A stretch of DNA of 61,534 nucleotides, filler included, from Squatina squatina (lineage: Eukaryota): the NCBI GenBank assembly GCA_031763465.1. It is 3 parts of 3 records of this genome, joined end to end, with 100 filler letters (N's around TTAATTAATTAA, not from the genome) between each part and the next. Parts side by side here need not be neighbours in the genome. Positions count along the whole stretch, not along the records: positions 1 to 31,853 come from JARFOE010000233.1; 2 more parts are not named here. One strand, given 5' to 3'. Position 1 is the stretch's first letter, and each line of letters opens with the position of its first letter. Positions 12,438 through 25,074 of the stretch are shown piece after piece. A model generated the notes under the pieces. It saw nothing but the letters and a program-made list of their open reading frames with translations, was not told where the DNA came from and made no database searches. Made by a program: the position numbers and the translations under genes.

Positions 12438-13245
12438 TGGCCAGGATTTTCCTTACCCCGGTGGGTCCAGTGCAGCCGGTGTTAGTGGCGGGTCATGGCC
12501 CCGCTGCTGGCTCCACCCCATTGCCTAAAATGAATTTACGCTGATAGGGCTTGTTAAGCCCGCCCAGCACGTTTCCCAGGCCAATTAGAGGAAGCAGGTC
12601 TGGTGACATCATTCATGACATGTCATCAACCGATTTCATTAAAGGGACCATAGCCAACTTTCTTTTGACATTTCTGCTTATGGAGGGAGTCAGGACTACG
12701 CAGGGAGGTCCCTCATCCATTCCGATAGGCAGGAAGATACCTCGCCAGGAGACCAAAACAGCCTGGTTGCACATTACACAGGAGGGCACAAGCAGGGATG
12801 TGGTCAGGAGGATCTACGGGCAGTGCCACAAACATTTCAATCACCTTACCGATTGTGAAAATGGAGTGAGGAACAGCTTGTGGCTGAGGAAAGTGATTTG
12901 TCAGGTGGGAGCTTTTATTGTACATTTGAAGCTGTCAAGTAATCAGCTGCAGCAATGGCCACTGAACTCCCACCTCAGGTTGACCAACGTGATCACCGAA
13001 CAGTGAGGTTCCCATGGCCATGAAGTTAAAGTTAAAAAGTAAGATTAAAAATACTGTTAAAGGTCTGGTAAGTGCATTATAATTTGTTTAATTGGGTCAC
13101 CCTAAGCCTGTCGGTTCTGCTCAGCACTGATAGACCGACATTGGGAAAAGAACATTGCGGCAGGTTGACAGCGGGGTCCTGGCCCGTTGTAAAAGAAAAA
13201 CACTTCCACCCGACCTGCCACCGATACCCCAGAAATTTCCAGCCA
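12438..13245 (+). mobile_element. Non-autonomous PIF/Harbinger element with a remnant Myb/SANT coding segment, in an MFSD14B intron
   Basis: Imperfect TIRs TGGCCAGGATTTT / AAATTTCCAGCCA; flanks CTA and CTG (possible 3-bp TSD). Internal ETKTAW..DVVRRIYGQCHKHFNHL is homologous to 16807-17046. Confidence 0.7.
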
Positions 13246-13279
13246 CTGTGATCTCACCATTCTAATCTACAATTCTTAC

Positions 13280-13407
13280 CATGGACTTATCCTCATTAAA
13301 GGAATTGGGACACAAGTGAAGAACACGGTTAGTAAGAGAAATGATCTCCTCCCCCACACATCGGACAAAGCACCTATTAGCGGAGCACTCATAAATGATA
13401 AAAAACC
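13280..13407 (-). CDS. MFSD14B: MFSD14B exon GFLSFMSAPLIGALSDVWGRRSFLLLTVFFTCVPIPLMRISPW (MFS motif A)
   Basis: 128 bp, TAG/GTAAG; contains the GxLSDxxGRR MFS signature. Not in the ORF track. Confidence 0.93.
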
Positions 13408-14630
13408 CTAAAAAGAGACAAAACATAGAATTAGACCAAATTGCAACAGCACAGTCAATTTATACATTACTGCAATAAATACAGGCTGGTTTCATCACAC
13501 ATGACAAAGTTAAAATCTAATTCTCAGCTAACCGCCAAACTAGAGCTTTCAAAATTTAAGTAACAAAAATGGTTTCAATGATCGTCATTCTTTCACCTAG
13601 CTCTAGTGCTATAAATTGGTCTAACAACAGTAGTGGTAATGTAGGNNNNNNNNNNNNNNNNNNNNNNNNNNNNNNNNNNNNNNNNNNNNNNNNNNNNNNN
13701 NNNNNNNNNNNNNNNNNNNNNNNNNNNNNNNNNNNNNNNNNNNNNGCTGAGAACTGACAAAACTTCACTAAAAGATACACCTACCTGATTGGCTGGGGCC
13801 TCCCAAGTGACCTCTCCAGACTTGCCCGGGAATCTACAGAGCCCCGCTCTGAATCTCCAACTCGGGAGTCTCCAACTCGCAAGGTCACTTGGATCCAGGA
13901 CCCTTAGGTAAGTATGTAGAGATAATTGCAATCGGAGGCACCCGCACGCAGGAAGCCTCTGACCGCAATTTCAGGGCCAATGTGTTTCAGTTTTAGTAAA
14001 CAGTTCTCCCATTCACCTTATCAAGAGTTTATCTTGACTGAGTTGTCAATCAACCAAATCATTCAACTGGAGACAGGTAGAGGCCCAATACTTTAGTTAT
14101 CACTTGACTATAAACCTCAACAATGTTCTCAGAGTAGTTGGCCAGCCTAGTTACAATTCCTCAAATGGACAGCACCATTAACCTATCAACTATCTCACAG
14201 TTGCACAACTTATCGTGGTTGATGCAGTCATCTGATAAAGCATATCTGGTTTTGCCTCTGCTGAACCCTCATCAGCTATATGTCCCTGTACTTACTTTTC
14301 ATTTCACTGGAAACAAAACTGAAACCCACATCTCCAGCCTTCTGCCAGAAGCTTACTGAACAAGCAAAAGCTAACAGTTAATAAAAATAATTAACTCTTT
14401 CCTTACATCACTTCCACCAGTGCGTATTGGGAAATTACTGTCCATGATTTTCCACTCATTTCCCAATATGTACCTCCAGTGGGGGAGGTTCCTCCTGGCA
14501 GGGCAAACTCAGAAAATTGGCCCGAGTGAGCAAACCTGCTGTGGTACCCAGCTCTGTCCCCTACCTGCATTATAATTTGAGTCTCTCTCTTGTGAACGCG
14601 TTCATTAAAATTAACATTTGTTGTTTGTAG

Positions 14631-14703
14631 GCATGGCCATGCATTGGCAGTCGCTGGAAACATAGCATTCATATTTGGAGGCTGTTCTACTGTTAGTATG
14701 AAA
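14631..14703 (+). CDS. Kelch-repeat protein exon (R)HGHALAVAGNIAFIFGGCSTVSMK
   Basis: TTTGTAG/GTGAGT, 73 bp, phase 2/0; R.GH...FIFGG Kelch motif. Confidence 0.85.
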
Positions 14704-14949
14704 GTGAGTAATCATGTAAAGTTTTACTTTCATTTTTATTCAGTATATTTCAGGATATTGTAGATTTATAATATTTTTGCCATGATAATCTCTATGTGAC
14801 ACTGACCTCAGACATTCAATTATTTACACTAAGATATAAGTGGGTTTAAAGATTAGACACCCACCCCTTTTCTGACAGTTGCTTTTCCAAGCTGGCAGAT
14901 TGTTATATGAAAGAACTTGGGGACTTCTGATTGTCACTTGAAAACTTTA

Positions 14950-15628
14950 TAGACATCGATGGTGGGGCCTTCAGAAGAAAGGTGATGGGCATACAGACAG
15001 AAATGCTCGGTGCAACGGCAGGTCTGCCAGAGAGCCCCTTGTCAGTGTCAAGGAGCATGGAGGAGTCTGGCTCCAACATTGCACTGGACTTTGCGCAGTG
15101 CTGGAAGCGCATGATTTCCAGGATGAAAGTGATGGGTAACTCCATTAGCGCACTTGTGGACCCAACCATGATGCTAGGTGTAATGGGCGATGTTGCAGCT
15201 TCCATTGCAGCACAAGCGGAAGCGGCCCAACGTCTTGGTGCTGCAGTGGAAGCTCGGACTGCTTCCATGAAGTCTCAGCTTGCTGCCATGCAAGGTCAGA
15301 CTGATGCCATTGTGACTGGGTTTATGAGGGTGGAAAGGGTAGTCCAGCAATGTGTCCTCCAACAGATCGCTAGGAATGCTGAGGCGCTGCCCTGGGGAAG
15401 TGGCAGTGACTCCGATGAGCAAGGATCCATTGTCCTCTCTCATGATGACAGCATTCGTACTTCCATTACTTACACTCCGCCAGTGCCCCTGCAGCTGCCT
15501 GCCAACCAGCCCAGATGGCTGCCACCCATGCCAAGGTGGTGCAGTCCACAGCCGGGCCTTCTAGGCCCAGAGCTGCTCGAGGACGTCCTGCAAGGCCATC
15601 TGCGGTGTCCCCCATGGAACATCAGCAG
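14950..15628 (+). mobile_element. Harbinger ORF2-like C-terminal coding segment (Ala/Met-rich helical ORF running into a gap)
   Basis: GC-richer than its flanks, about 230 open codons, next to the Myb/SANT exon. Family assignment is from recalled resemblance only. Confidence 0.5.
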
Positions 15629-16279
15629 NNNNNNNNNNNNNNNNNNNNNNNNNNNNNNNNNNNNNNNNNNNNNNNNNNNNNNNNNNNNNNNNNNNNNNNN
15701 NNNNNNNNNNNNNNNNNNNNNNNNNNNNNNNNNNNNNNNNNNNNNNNNNNNNNNNNNNNNNNNNNNNNNNNNNNNNNNNNNNNNNNNNNNNNNNNNNNNN
15801 NNNNNNNNNNNNNNNNNNNNNNNNNNNNNNNNNNNNNNNNNNNNNNNNNNNNNNNNNNNNNNNNNNNNNNNNNNNNNNNNNNNNNNNNNNNNNNNNNNNN
15901 NNNNNNNNNNNNNNNNNNNNNNNNNNNNNNNNNNNNNNNNNNNNNNNNNNNNNNNNNNNNNNNNNNNNNNNNNNNNNNNNNNNNNNNNNNNNNNNNNNNN
16001 NNNNNNNNNNNNNNNNNNNNNNNNNNNNNNNNNNNNNNNNNNNNNNNNNNNNNNNNNNNNNNNNNNNNNNNNNNNNNNNNNNNNNNNNNNNNNNNNNNNN
16101 NNNNNNNNNNNNNNNNNNNNNNNNNNNNNNNNNNNNNNNNNNNNNNNNNNNNNNNNNNNNNNNNNNNNNNNNNNNNNNNNTATATTAAGAATGGGTAACA
16201 GTACCATTATGCACATGCTGAACATTCATTGGCTGCTGACATTAGTTACCATATGAGGGACTGCTGTATGCTATGTGAC

Positions 16280-17341
16280 TATATGAGATGTAATTCTGAC
16301 ACCAGGTTGTTGAGAGGTCCCCCTCTCTTTGTCCCCCACCGCCAACTGCTCCACAACTCCTGACACCTCCAGGGCGACCTCCACTACTGCTGTCAAAGTG
16401 GTGAAGAATGAAGTGTCACCTCCATCTTTCCCTCTCCCTGTTATTGTTCTCTTTTCCTTCAAGGAGGGAAAGAAGAGAAGTTTGAGTGAGAGTACTGGCA
16501 TGAGTGTAAAGAATGTGTGGGTTACATTTTTAGAGGGAAACTATGAGGGAGTGGAGTGCCAATGCAAAGTGCCCTCCTTGGGTGTTGTTTGTTGGAATGT
16601 TTGCATGAGAATAAGGGTGATTGTGAGGCATGGTTAGTCAGATGGGGATTTGAATATGTATATAAAGAGAATTGGGTGGACGTGCAAGCTATGTTGGTGT
16701 GGGTAATGATGTGCAGGAGTAGGCTTGGGAAGGCAGAGTGATGGGGNNNNNNNNNNATGTGATGACAGGCACAGCAGGATGAAGTTGAGTGTGGCTTTGC
16801 ACTCACCTTTCCTGATCTCATGAGGTCATTGAAGCACTTCTGGCACTGCGCCCAGGTCCTCCTCACCACATCCTTGCCGTTCAACTTCTCTGCAATTTGG
16901 GGCCAGGCTCTTTTAGTCTCCTGTGGAGGTCTCTTCAGCCCACCAGCAGGGAAGAGAACCTCCCTGCCTGCTCTGATTCCCTCAGCGAGAAAATGTAGGG
17001 AGTCATCTCAAAACCTGGATGCAGCCCACTGTCTCTGTGAAGCCATCTTTGCATGGCTGAGCAGTAAGCAGATGATGACATGTACTGCCTGCACACTCCT
17101 AAATAAACCATCAAATGAAGTGTGGCTAAGGCTGCTTTAAATATCTCTGCTGGAAGTGAGTCATCAATGGCGTCATCAGACCCGCGCCATTTAATAGGGC
17201 TTGGAAACACGCAGGTCTGCCTTAATAGGCGCCATGAATGGAAAGTCGCTCTGAGGAGCGGGATGATAAGAAGAACGGGGTTCAGACCCGCCATGCTGAC
17301 CGGTCACACCCGATCTGCTCAGGTAATGAAAATTCTGGCCA
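16280..17341 (-). mobile_element. PIF/Harbinger element 5' part: TIR, spliced Myb/SANT (NAIF1/MSANTD-like) exon 17046-16807 and a degraded second exon near 16460
   Basis: TIR TGGCCAGAATTTTC at 17341-17328. Translation MASQRQWAASRF*DDSLHFLAEGIRAGREVLFP...TKRAWPQIAEKLN..VVRRTWAQCQKCFNDL; one in-frame TGA at 17010-17008; GTGAGT donor. Confidence 0.8.
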
Positions 17342-17865
17342 TTGACTTTATACTTGACTACGTCAAACCAATGTACAGCATATAGATCCTCTTTCACCAA
17401 TATTGCCACTGCACCTCCTTTCTTATTTTTTCTATTCCTCCTTTTTAGCAGAGGCCACTGGATAGCAATTAGGAGCAGAGCCCCGATGTGATTTTTTTTC
17501 TTGCCCAAGCCCAGGGGTGCTGAAGCCTTCCTGGCTGAGACCTGCTATTGGTGGATTGAGTAAGAACAAGCACAATAAGTAGAAATAGCTTACTTTGGTT
17601 TATATATTCTGACAGAATATTGTAAGTTGATTGCTTTAGAAGTTTCAGTAAGCATATTTTTTTCTTAAATAAAAGCAAAAACTATAGGTGCTGGAAATCT
17701 GAAACACAATCAGAAAATGCTGAAAACAGTTAGCAGGTCAGTCAGTATCTGTGAAGAGAACAGATATGTTAACACCAGTAATTTCCAACACAAACCAATG
17801 ATGTGGGTATGTCACTACTGAAATGTCTGAATATAATTCTGGAACAATAATTTTGTGTTTGTTAG

Positions 17866-17908
17866 GATGAGGAGCCCAAATATTGTAGTGACTTCTACAT
17901 GCTTACAG
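17866..17908 (+). CDS. Kelch-repeat protein exon DEEPKYCSDFYMLT(V)
   Basis: TTGTTAG/GTATGT, 43 bp, phase 0/1; joins in frame to both neighbouring exons. Confidence 0.75.
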
Positions 17909-18886
17909 GTATGTGATTAGAGTAATGTTCTTTCGACTATTTAAGAGACATAAAATAATGAATGGTCTACTTAAGTCTACTGTTCCTTTATTATGTTTTA
18001 CTTCCGGGGATTCCTAGTTGCTACAAGACTTGTGTTATAGGATACAGGTTTGGTGCTGTAATTCCCCATATGGAATGTTCTCAATCTCAGTTGGGTCATC
18101 GTGGGGAGGCATTCCGTGGAGGTCAGGTGCCTCCTCCGTAGGTGACAAAGCGACATTGGTAGAGGCCTGCCAGCTGCTCATCTACCTGCTATCTTAGGCA
18201 GGATGTGAAGCTGAGAGAGAGAAAAAGGAAAATAAATACTTTACTTTACTGAAATATGTAAATCTTTCATTGTTCCAACCATTTTAATACAAAGGTTTCT
18301 GTGTGTTAATGTCATTTTATTTTCAAGTAATAGCAAGCAAAGTGACCTGCTGTAAAGCTATCAGGCCAAGATATAAATGGCTGACAATGAAGGTTAAAAA
18401 AAAACAAGTTGGTAAAGATAATACTTGGTGTGATACTGAGCCAACCAGAGCAGAATGGTTCCAGATTCATAGATCACAGTATCATAAAATAGTGCAGCAC
18501 AGAAAGAAACCATTCAGCCCATCGAGTCTGTTCCAGGTCTTTCAAAGAGCAATCCAGTAAGTCCCACTCCTCCGCTCTTTCCCCATATCCCTGCAATTTN
18601 NNNNNNNNNNNNNNNNNNNNNNNNNNNNNNNNNNNNNNNNNNNNNNNNNNNNNNNNNNNNNNNNNNNNNNNNNNNNNNNNNNNNNNNNNNNNNNNNNNNT
18701 ATTTTTTTAAAAACTCCTTTCAAATGAATCAAGAAAGTTGATATTATTGACTTTAAGTAAACACAATCAATGAGCCTGAACAGTTTTAATGTCATGATGT
18801 TCACAATAGCAAAGTGACTATTTCCATTTAAAAAAAATTACCTGTATTACAATATAATTTACTGATCCGTGTTTCCTTTATAACAG

Positions 18887-18965
18887 TAACTCCCTCTGAT
18901 TTGACGTGGGAAATAATACCACAAAGTGGATACATACCATCATCCAGAGAAGGGCACTCCATGTG
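18887..18965 (+). CDS. Kelch-repeat protein exon (V)TPSDLTWEIIPQSGYIPSSREGHSM(C)
   Basis: ACAG/GTAAGA, 79 bp, phase 1/2; W...G..PS.R.GHS Kelch motif. Confidence 0.87.
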
Positions 18966-19773
18966 GTAAGACAGAACTTAGGATCATTGGAGTGAGTAAA
19001 CGCCAAGACACTGGGGTGGATATCTGATTATACTGTTTATGTTTGCTGCTTTCAGAACATAAATGGCTGGAATAACAGTGAATGATGCTGCCATCAGCAA
19101 TTTTTAATCTTGTTGGTAGCAGTGGAAAAAATCTTCCCTCACTCTAGATGAGAGTGCATTGGACTAAAGTGGGATGGGTTGGTTTCACTTCCCAAATGGC
19201 ATTTGATTTGTTTCTCCCGTTTTCTGTAGTGTCATTTCCTAGTGATAGGGACAGGGTCAGTTAGAGGCTGGTTTAGTTCCATCCCTCAGTGGAGCAGGAG
19301 TCAAGCTATCTGTTGTGAAAATAATTGGTGAGATCAAAGCGAAAGAAAGCCAGAGTTAGTTTCCTGCAATATCCACTGGCGGCAGCAANNNNNNNNNNNN
19401 NNNNNNNNNNNNNNNNNNNNNNNNNNNNNNNNNNNNNNNNNNNNNNNNNNNNNNNNNNNNNNNNNNNNNNNNNNNNNNNNNNNNNNNNAGGATGGGCTAA
19501 ATGGCCTCTTTCTGTGCTGTAGATTTCTGTTTCTGTAGTGTGTGATGCAAATAATTTATTTTCATTCATTAGTCAATAAATATCCCTTTATTGTTTCAGT
19601 AACTTTGACTTGGAGCCAGTGTGAGGTCAAAGGTGAAGGACCATCTGGCAGGGGATGCCATACCTTCACATCACACCATGATAAGGTAGATTTAAAGTTG
19701 TGCTGTATTTTTCTATATAATTAACTAAATTATTAAAAATGTAAAATTACAGTGACAATATTGTTAAATACAG

Positions 19774-19855
19774 GATATCTATGTATTTGGCGGATCATAT
19801 AATGACCAGGGGGGCAGCATAACAACGTTAAATGATGTTGCGAAAGTGAGCCTTG
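19774..19855 (+). CDS. Kelch-repeat protein exon DIYVFGGSYNDQGGSITTLNDVAKVSL
   Basis: TACAG/GTAAGT, 82 bp; IYVFGG...LND motif. Confidence 0.87.
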
Positions 19856-22484
19856 GTAAGTACCTTGTTGGTATGGGTTATGAATATTTATTGTAATTTA
19901 TTATAAATGCTGTTTCAGGGTGTAAGAACATTTCTTTGAGAGAAAATTTTTTTATTTTAACAGTTTGAACTGCTTGAAGGCAGCCTACTGTTACAGCATG
20001 CTAGAATGTAATGTCGTGGAGCAATGGGATGTGAATTTACCCCTTTGATTCCCCATGTGGAAAGTTCATGATTTCACTTAAACTGTTTAGGGGAAAAAGT
20101 GCTGAATGCAGACAATGCTATTCCACAGAGGGTGGGGAAAGCAGCACGTTTATGTGGCCTCCAAAATGCAGGTCAAAGGTGGATATCACCAGATATTTAC
20201 CTCATGCTCAGAACCAAGGACCATCCCTTGTAAACGAGCCTTTGCTACTTACGAACCAAAATATGACCCTTGGTACAGAATATTTGATATTGGTGAATTG
20301 CCAAACAAGATTTTTTTTAAAAAATTGCATTTAGCTTACTGGAGGTGGCGTGAGCCCATTGTGATTTCCTAAGCTTCAGAAAGTTACAGAGTAAACATTC
20401 CATCAGAACATAGTTTGAACTATAAACTACAGGACAGGTTTGCCAAAAAATCACAGGCAGCCACAAGTGAAGACTTTGCAACTTGCTGATTTACACAACA
20501 TCTAATTATCGCTCCCTTAGGTACAAAAATAATAATTATGCTGATAATCTTGCACCTGAACCAACATTGTAATGTAAATCTTATAAGTGAGATTTTGTCT
20601 ATTCAAACATGGAGTCTCCCTGTACAAACCTTACACGAGCTGCAGTTCAATGGTATGCAAAGAACTGATGAACTGGGAACAGGTTATATAAAAACAAGTT
20701 GAAATTTGGCCTCAGGGGAAACAGAAAGTAACTCTATTGCTGAACCAAGCTTATCAAATTATATGCTTCCTGAAATCCACTCCAGACTATTTGCATTTGT
20801 TGCCAAGAACTGTAACTTGATCAAATTTTATGACAAAATATGTGGGTGCTGAAATTGGGTCCCGCCGGCATNNNNNNNNNNNNNNNNNNNNNNNNNNNNN
20901 NNNNNNNNNNNNNNNNNNNNNNNNNNNNNNNNNNNNNNNNNNNNNNNNNNNNNNNNNNNNNNNNNNNNNNNTGACCTACAGATCAAGAAGGTCCAAACTT
21001 TGATCCTAGGTGTATGCTGGTTATTTGATCACAGCAGGAACATCAGTAAGAGAGCTACAATTGGCCTTGGCACCCCTGGGTTAGGGAGGGGAAAAAAGTC
21101 GGAGTTTGCCAGCTCCTGATCCAGTGACCCCTCCTGGAAAGGACAGGTGTGTGGCTGAAGAGAGATTCAAGCTTCATTCTGATATCCTTCATGTTCAGAA
21201 TAGTCTGCTGACACTCACCGTCCAGACACACACATGAAGAATAGCCACATGACATTCAGGAGGTTTGCTGCCATTCTTGGAACCATGTACCAGCATGAAT
21301 CATGCTTTCATGAGGCAAGGCAAGGAATCTGAGAAAAAAATGGAAAACAATAAACTTGATCTTCAGCAGTTTTAAAGAGTGCCTAATTGTGCTTTTACAT
21401 ATGTGCCTCTGGCTGACCTACAGTGACTTTAATGAAATAATTAAAAATGTAATGATACTTTAACAAAAAACATAGCACCCCCATAGCTAAATAAATTGTC
21501 ATTTTAGCAAATTCAGACCAAGTGAAATTGATATGTTAGTGCATGCTTTTGTGGTTAGTCTCTGTTTTTGTGCTGCCTTAGCCTTTTCATTTAACAAATG
21601 CACTGCCTGGATTAAGAAATCTGCTCCTTAATTCACATTTATTTTTCTTTAAAACAACTTTGTGGCCCTTTCTCTTGCAAGCCTGCTAGAATTATGATTG
21701 ACTGCACACTGGCTGGGAGACAGTTAACTATCTATCTCACCAGGGAAAGTACTGTTCCCAATTCCTGGTGTAGTTGTAGTCCTTACAGGTTAACAGGTGT
21801 TGCTGGATATGCTATGTTCAGATCCTTATGGATTCTGAGATCAACAGTTAATTGGCTTTGACAACACAAGATTGAGCCTCTGCACTAGCTTGAGGGGCAT
21901 TGGGATTACTTGTTTNNNNNNNNNNGTCGGTGCTTTGTGGGTTGTTAGTCCCGTGGTCTTTTCCCTTGGAACAGATGTCTCTCACAGACAGCCCTAAGTA
22001 CCATGGTGAATTGACAGATGGCACTCTGCTGTAAGCATCAGCTTATGGTTTATATAGCAGTATGAGGACCTCCACTGAGAAATTTCTGCTCTGAATGTGA
22101 CAGGGACTGCACTGTTAAATCAGGAGCAAAGTACTTGGTAGCAACGGTTTAGTGGCTAATTTACTCAAAAATTGAAAAATGGTTAAAAAAAATAATTTTA
22201 GTCAGTGAGTAAAACAAAAGCAGCATAACTCACTGAGCACAACGAAGTCAAGTAGTTTTCAAATTAAATACAAGCAAAAGAACACTACAAATACTAGAAC
22301 TCTGAAAGAAAAAACAAAATAATGCTGTAAATAGGGAGCAACTCAGTCAGAATCTAAAAAGAAATAGGTTTTGTGTTTAGCCCCAGCATTTTCGCTTTTT
22401 ATTTAGGATTAAATATACTTACGTTAACTACCATCATCGTGTTAAATATAGAATTGAAGGAAAAAAAAACACCATTTTTTTCAG

Positions 22485-22572
22485 CTTTACATTTTCGGTG
22501 GAGTCAATGAAGAGCAAGAATTTAATGACATAAAGGCAATGAAGTTAATAAATCCGTCTGACAGACAACCAA
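22485..22572 (+). CDS. Kelch-repeat protein exon LYIFGGVNEEQEFNDIKAMKLINPSDRQP
   Basis: T-tract + CAG/GTAAGT, 88 bp; LYIFGG...FND motif. Confidence 0.87.
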
Positions 22573-23577
22573 GTAAGTCTCATGGTTCCAGTAAGAACTC
22601 GTAAAAATGTTATGTGGTAATATTATGAAATTGCGCTCCCAGCACAAAGCTTTGCTCACCAGGAATTCAAGAGCACACAACCGAATTTCCCACATGCACT
22701 ACTGCTGGGCAAGGTTCCCCGCCATGGGGTCAATTTTCTAAAATGACCTCTTATATGCCATGATAAATAAAAAGATTCAAATCACTAAATTAAGTGGAAA
22801 GGCACATTGATTTTATTAGTGGTATAATTCTCAATGAAATAGTGATAATTGACACATAAGCCCTGAAATTGTGAGACACTGCTCCCAGCTTGGAGACTTG
22901 CTCAACAGGACTGCAGATCATAGTAATGAGGGTAGAAGTCAGTATGTCTGATTCACAGGGTTCCTGATTAATGCCCAGAAAATTGGGAGGTATGCTGACC
23001 TCCATGCGCTTCTGAGAGCCGAGACACCACAACAGGAGGAGAGTCTTACAATTTTCGGGCTGCTTTCTTGCCAACCTAATCCTAAAATCTCTGGGCTGAG
23101 GTAAGTGGAGTCTGTTGCTATGGAAAGAGAGTGCACGCTCCATATTGGGGAAACAGAAACTCTTACCTGTATGGATTTCTCAGTCACTTGGTTTGGAGAC
23201 TCTTAAGCTGCATTAGACAACTAGCTGACCAGAAAAAAACACCTCACCCAAAGGTTCAGTGGATAAATGTTCCACATTGTGTGGCACTAATACATTCAAT
23301 TTTCCTATGTTTGGTACCTTTGCTTTGTGCGGAATAAGCTAATCTCCCACTGGGCACATAGCAATTGACCTCCGTGTCACTCGGTTAGGGAGGGCTAAGG
23401 ATTCACTGAGTTTCCATGCTGATGGTTGCTTCTCTATGGATGCAAGGTGAGGACAGGGTTAGGATCATCTGCAATGACCTTTCATGGTGAATAGCCTGTT
23501 GACATTCAACATTTAAATTCATACATGAAGCATTCTACTTGGGGGAGTTACCAAGTATACATGAAGCACTAAATTTT

Positions 23578-24740
23578 AAGGCGCGAAATTGGAGTCAGTT
23601 TAAATGGGCGCTAATGCGGGAGCGCTGGAAACGCGGCACTGGGCATAAAATGGACTGTCTGACGTTATCAGAGGTGACACCCAGAATGAACGTTATTTTG
23701 GGTGCAATCTTAATGTCTGTGAGGCCTCACCATTTTTATTGCAAAAAGCTCCGTTTTGAGATGTGATAATGCCTTGGATTCATTGTGTGGGACTTGGAAC
23801 TGCCATTTTGAAGATTTTGTCTGCTTTCGGCTGACCAATTGACAGCAATGGGTCTATTCGGCCATGGGGGCCATCACTAATGTTGGAGTGGGTGTGGACG
23901 TGCAGGGATGGCATCCTTTTGCAGCAGAGAGAGATGATCTCAGAACAAGATGATACCAGGCAGCATGTTGGAACAGTTGGTCATCATCANNNNNNNNNNN
24001 NNNNNNNNNNNNNNNNNNNNNNNNNNNNNNNNNNNNNNNNNNNNNNNNNNNNNNNNNNNNNNNNNNNNNNNNNNNNNNNNNNNNNNNNNGGTATTGCCCC
24101 GGTCGGGGCGTTAACTTTTGTGAAGCTGGAAGTTTAGCACCAGGCGCTAATCAATCTCGCTGCCTGCTAAATTCAGCCTCAGTGCTCAAAGAATGCAGAG
24201 GAGTGCTAAATCAGACACTAATGGCAGAGGTGAGTGGCGTTAGGCTCCAAGCAACAACAAATAGGAGGTGTTGTGTAATCGGGAGTGAGCATTGTTGAAG
24301 GTGCCTTCCAGCCATTAAGGGGGAGGGTTACTGGAGTCTGCACACCAACCCCCAATGATTCAGGGAGTGCAGAACGGCGATATACAATGGGATGAAATGC
24401 GAAGTCCTTTGACGACCTGCTACACTCCGGGGATTAAGGAGCCTTTATTTGGCTGCAGATACATCGTGTGCTCTCTGTCACTCATAACTGACCTTTGGAC
24501 CGGAAGCTCCTTGACAGCTGAGTAGCGCCCGCCAGCCGCCAGCCGGCTGGTTCATGCCTCCGCTCCCTGGTGCTGTCGGCGTGAGGCAGCAAAGCGTGAG
24601 GCGCTACTGAAGTGTCTTCTTTACTGCACACTCGCTGGCGTCACGATCTGCATGGCGAGAGGTGCTGAGGCGCTAAGTGCTTTCGGCGGCACTACAAAGC
24701 CGGCGAATTTGCTCCGCCGCGGTGCTACTGCCTGATTTTT
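23578..24740. mobile_element. Cluster of GC-rich Harbinger-like DNA transposon fragments/MITEs
   Basis: Termini such as GGCGCGAAATTG, GCTAAATTCAGCC and GCGAATTTGCTCC; degraded IVEGAFQPLRGR near 24291-24326 resembles the Harbinger transposase VERAFGxLKxR motif. Confidence 0.45.
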
Positions 24741-25074
24741 CCCCGAATAATTGCTCCAATTCCAGTCAAACTTATTGGTCTTCGTACAGTGAGTTTTTTC
24801 AGTTGTTGTCAAGTTTGCTAACCCCATGAGGAGGAGGGAGAGAATAGGGTAGAAACATTATAGGCTGTAAAACCAAAAAATGTAGATAATTAAAGGTGCG
24901 TTGTCACCCTTCTACTTGTTCTAGGGGATGGAATCCCCTAATTTTAAACACAACTGGCAGCCCAAGTGAGATCACAAACTCACCTGATGTGAAATGATCC
25001 AAGACATTAAAGTCAAAGTCTGCAAATATAGTAAAAACTTAATGACCGTTGTTTTTTTAAAAATGTATTTGTAG

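Noticed and set aside
14931-16256. 441-aa, 251-aa and 227-aa ORFs taken at full length
   Set aside because: Lengths are inflated by a 552-N gap.
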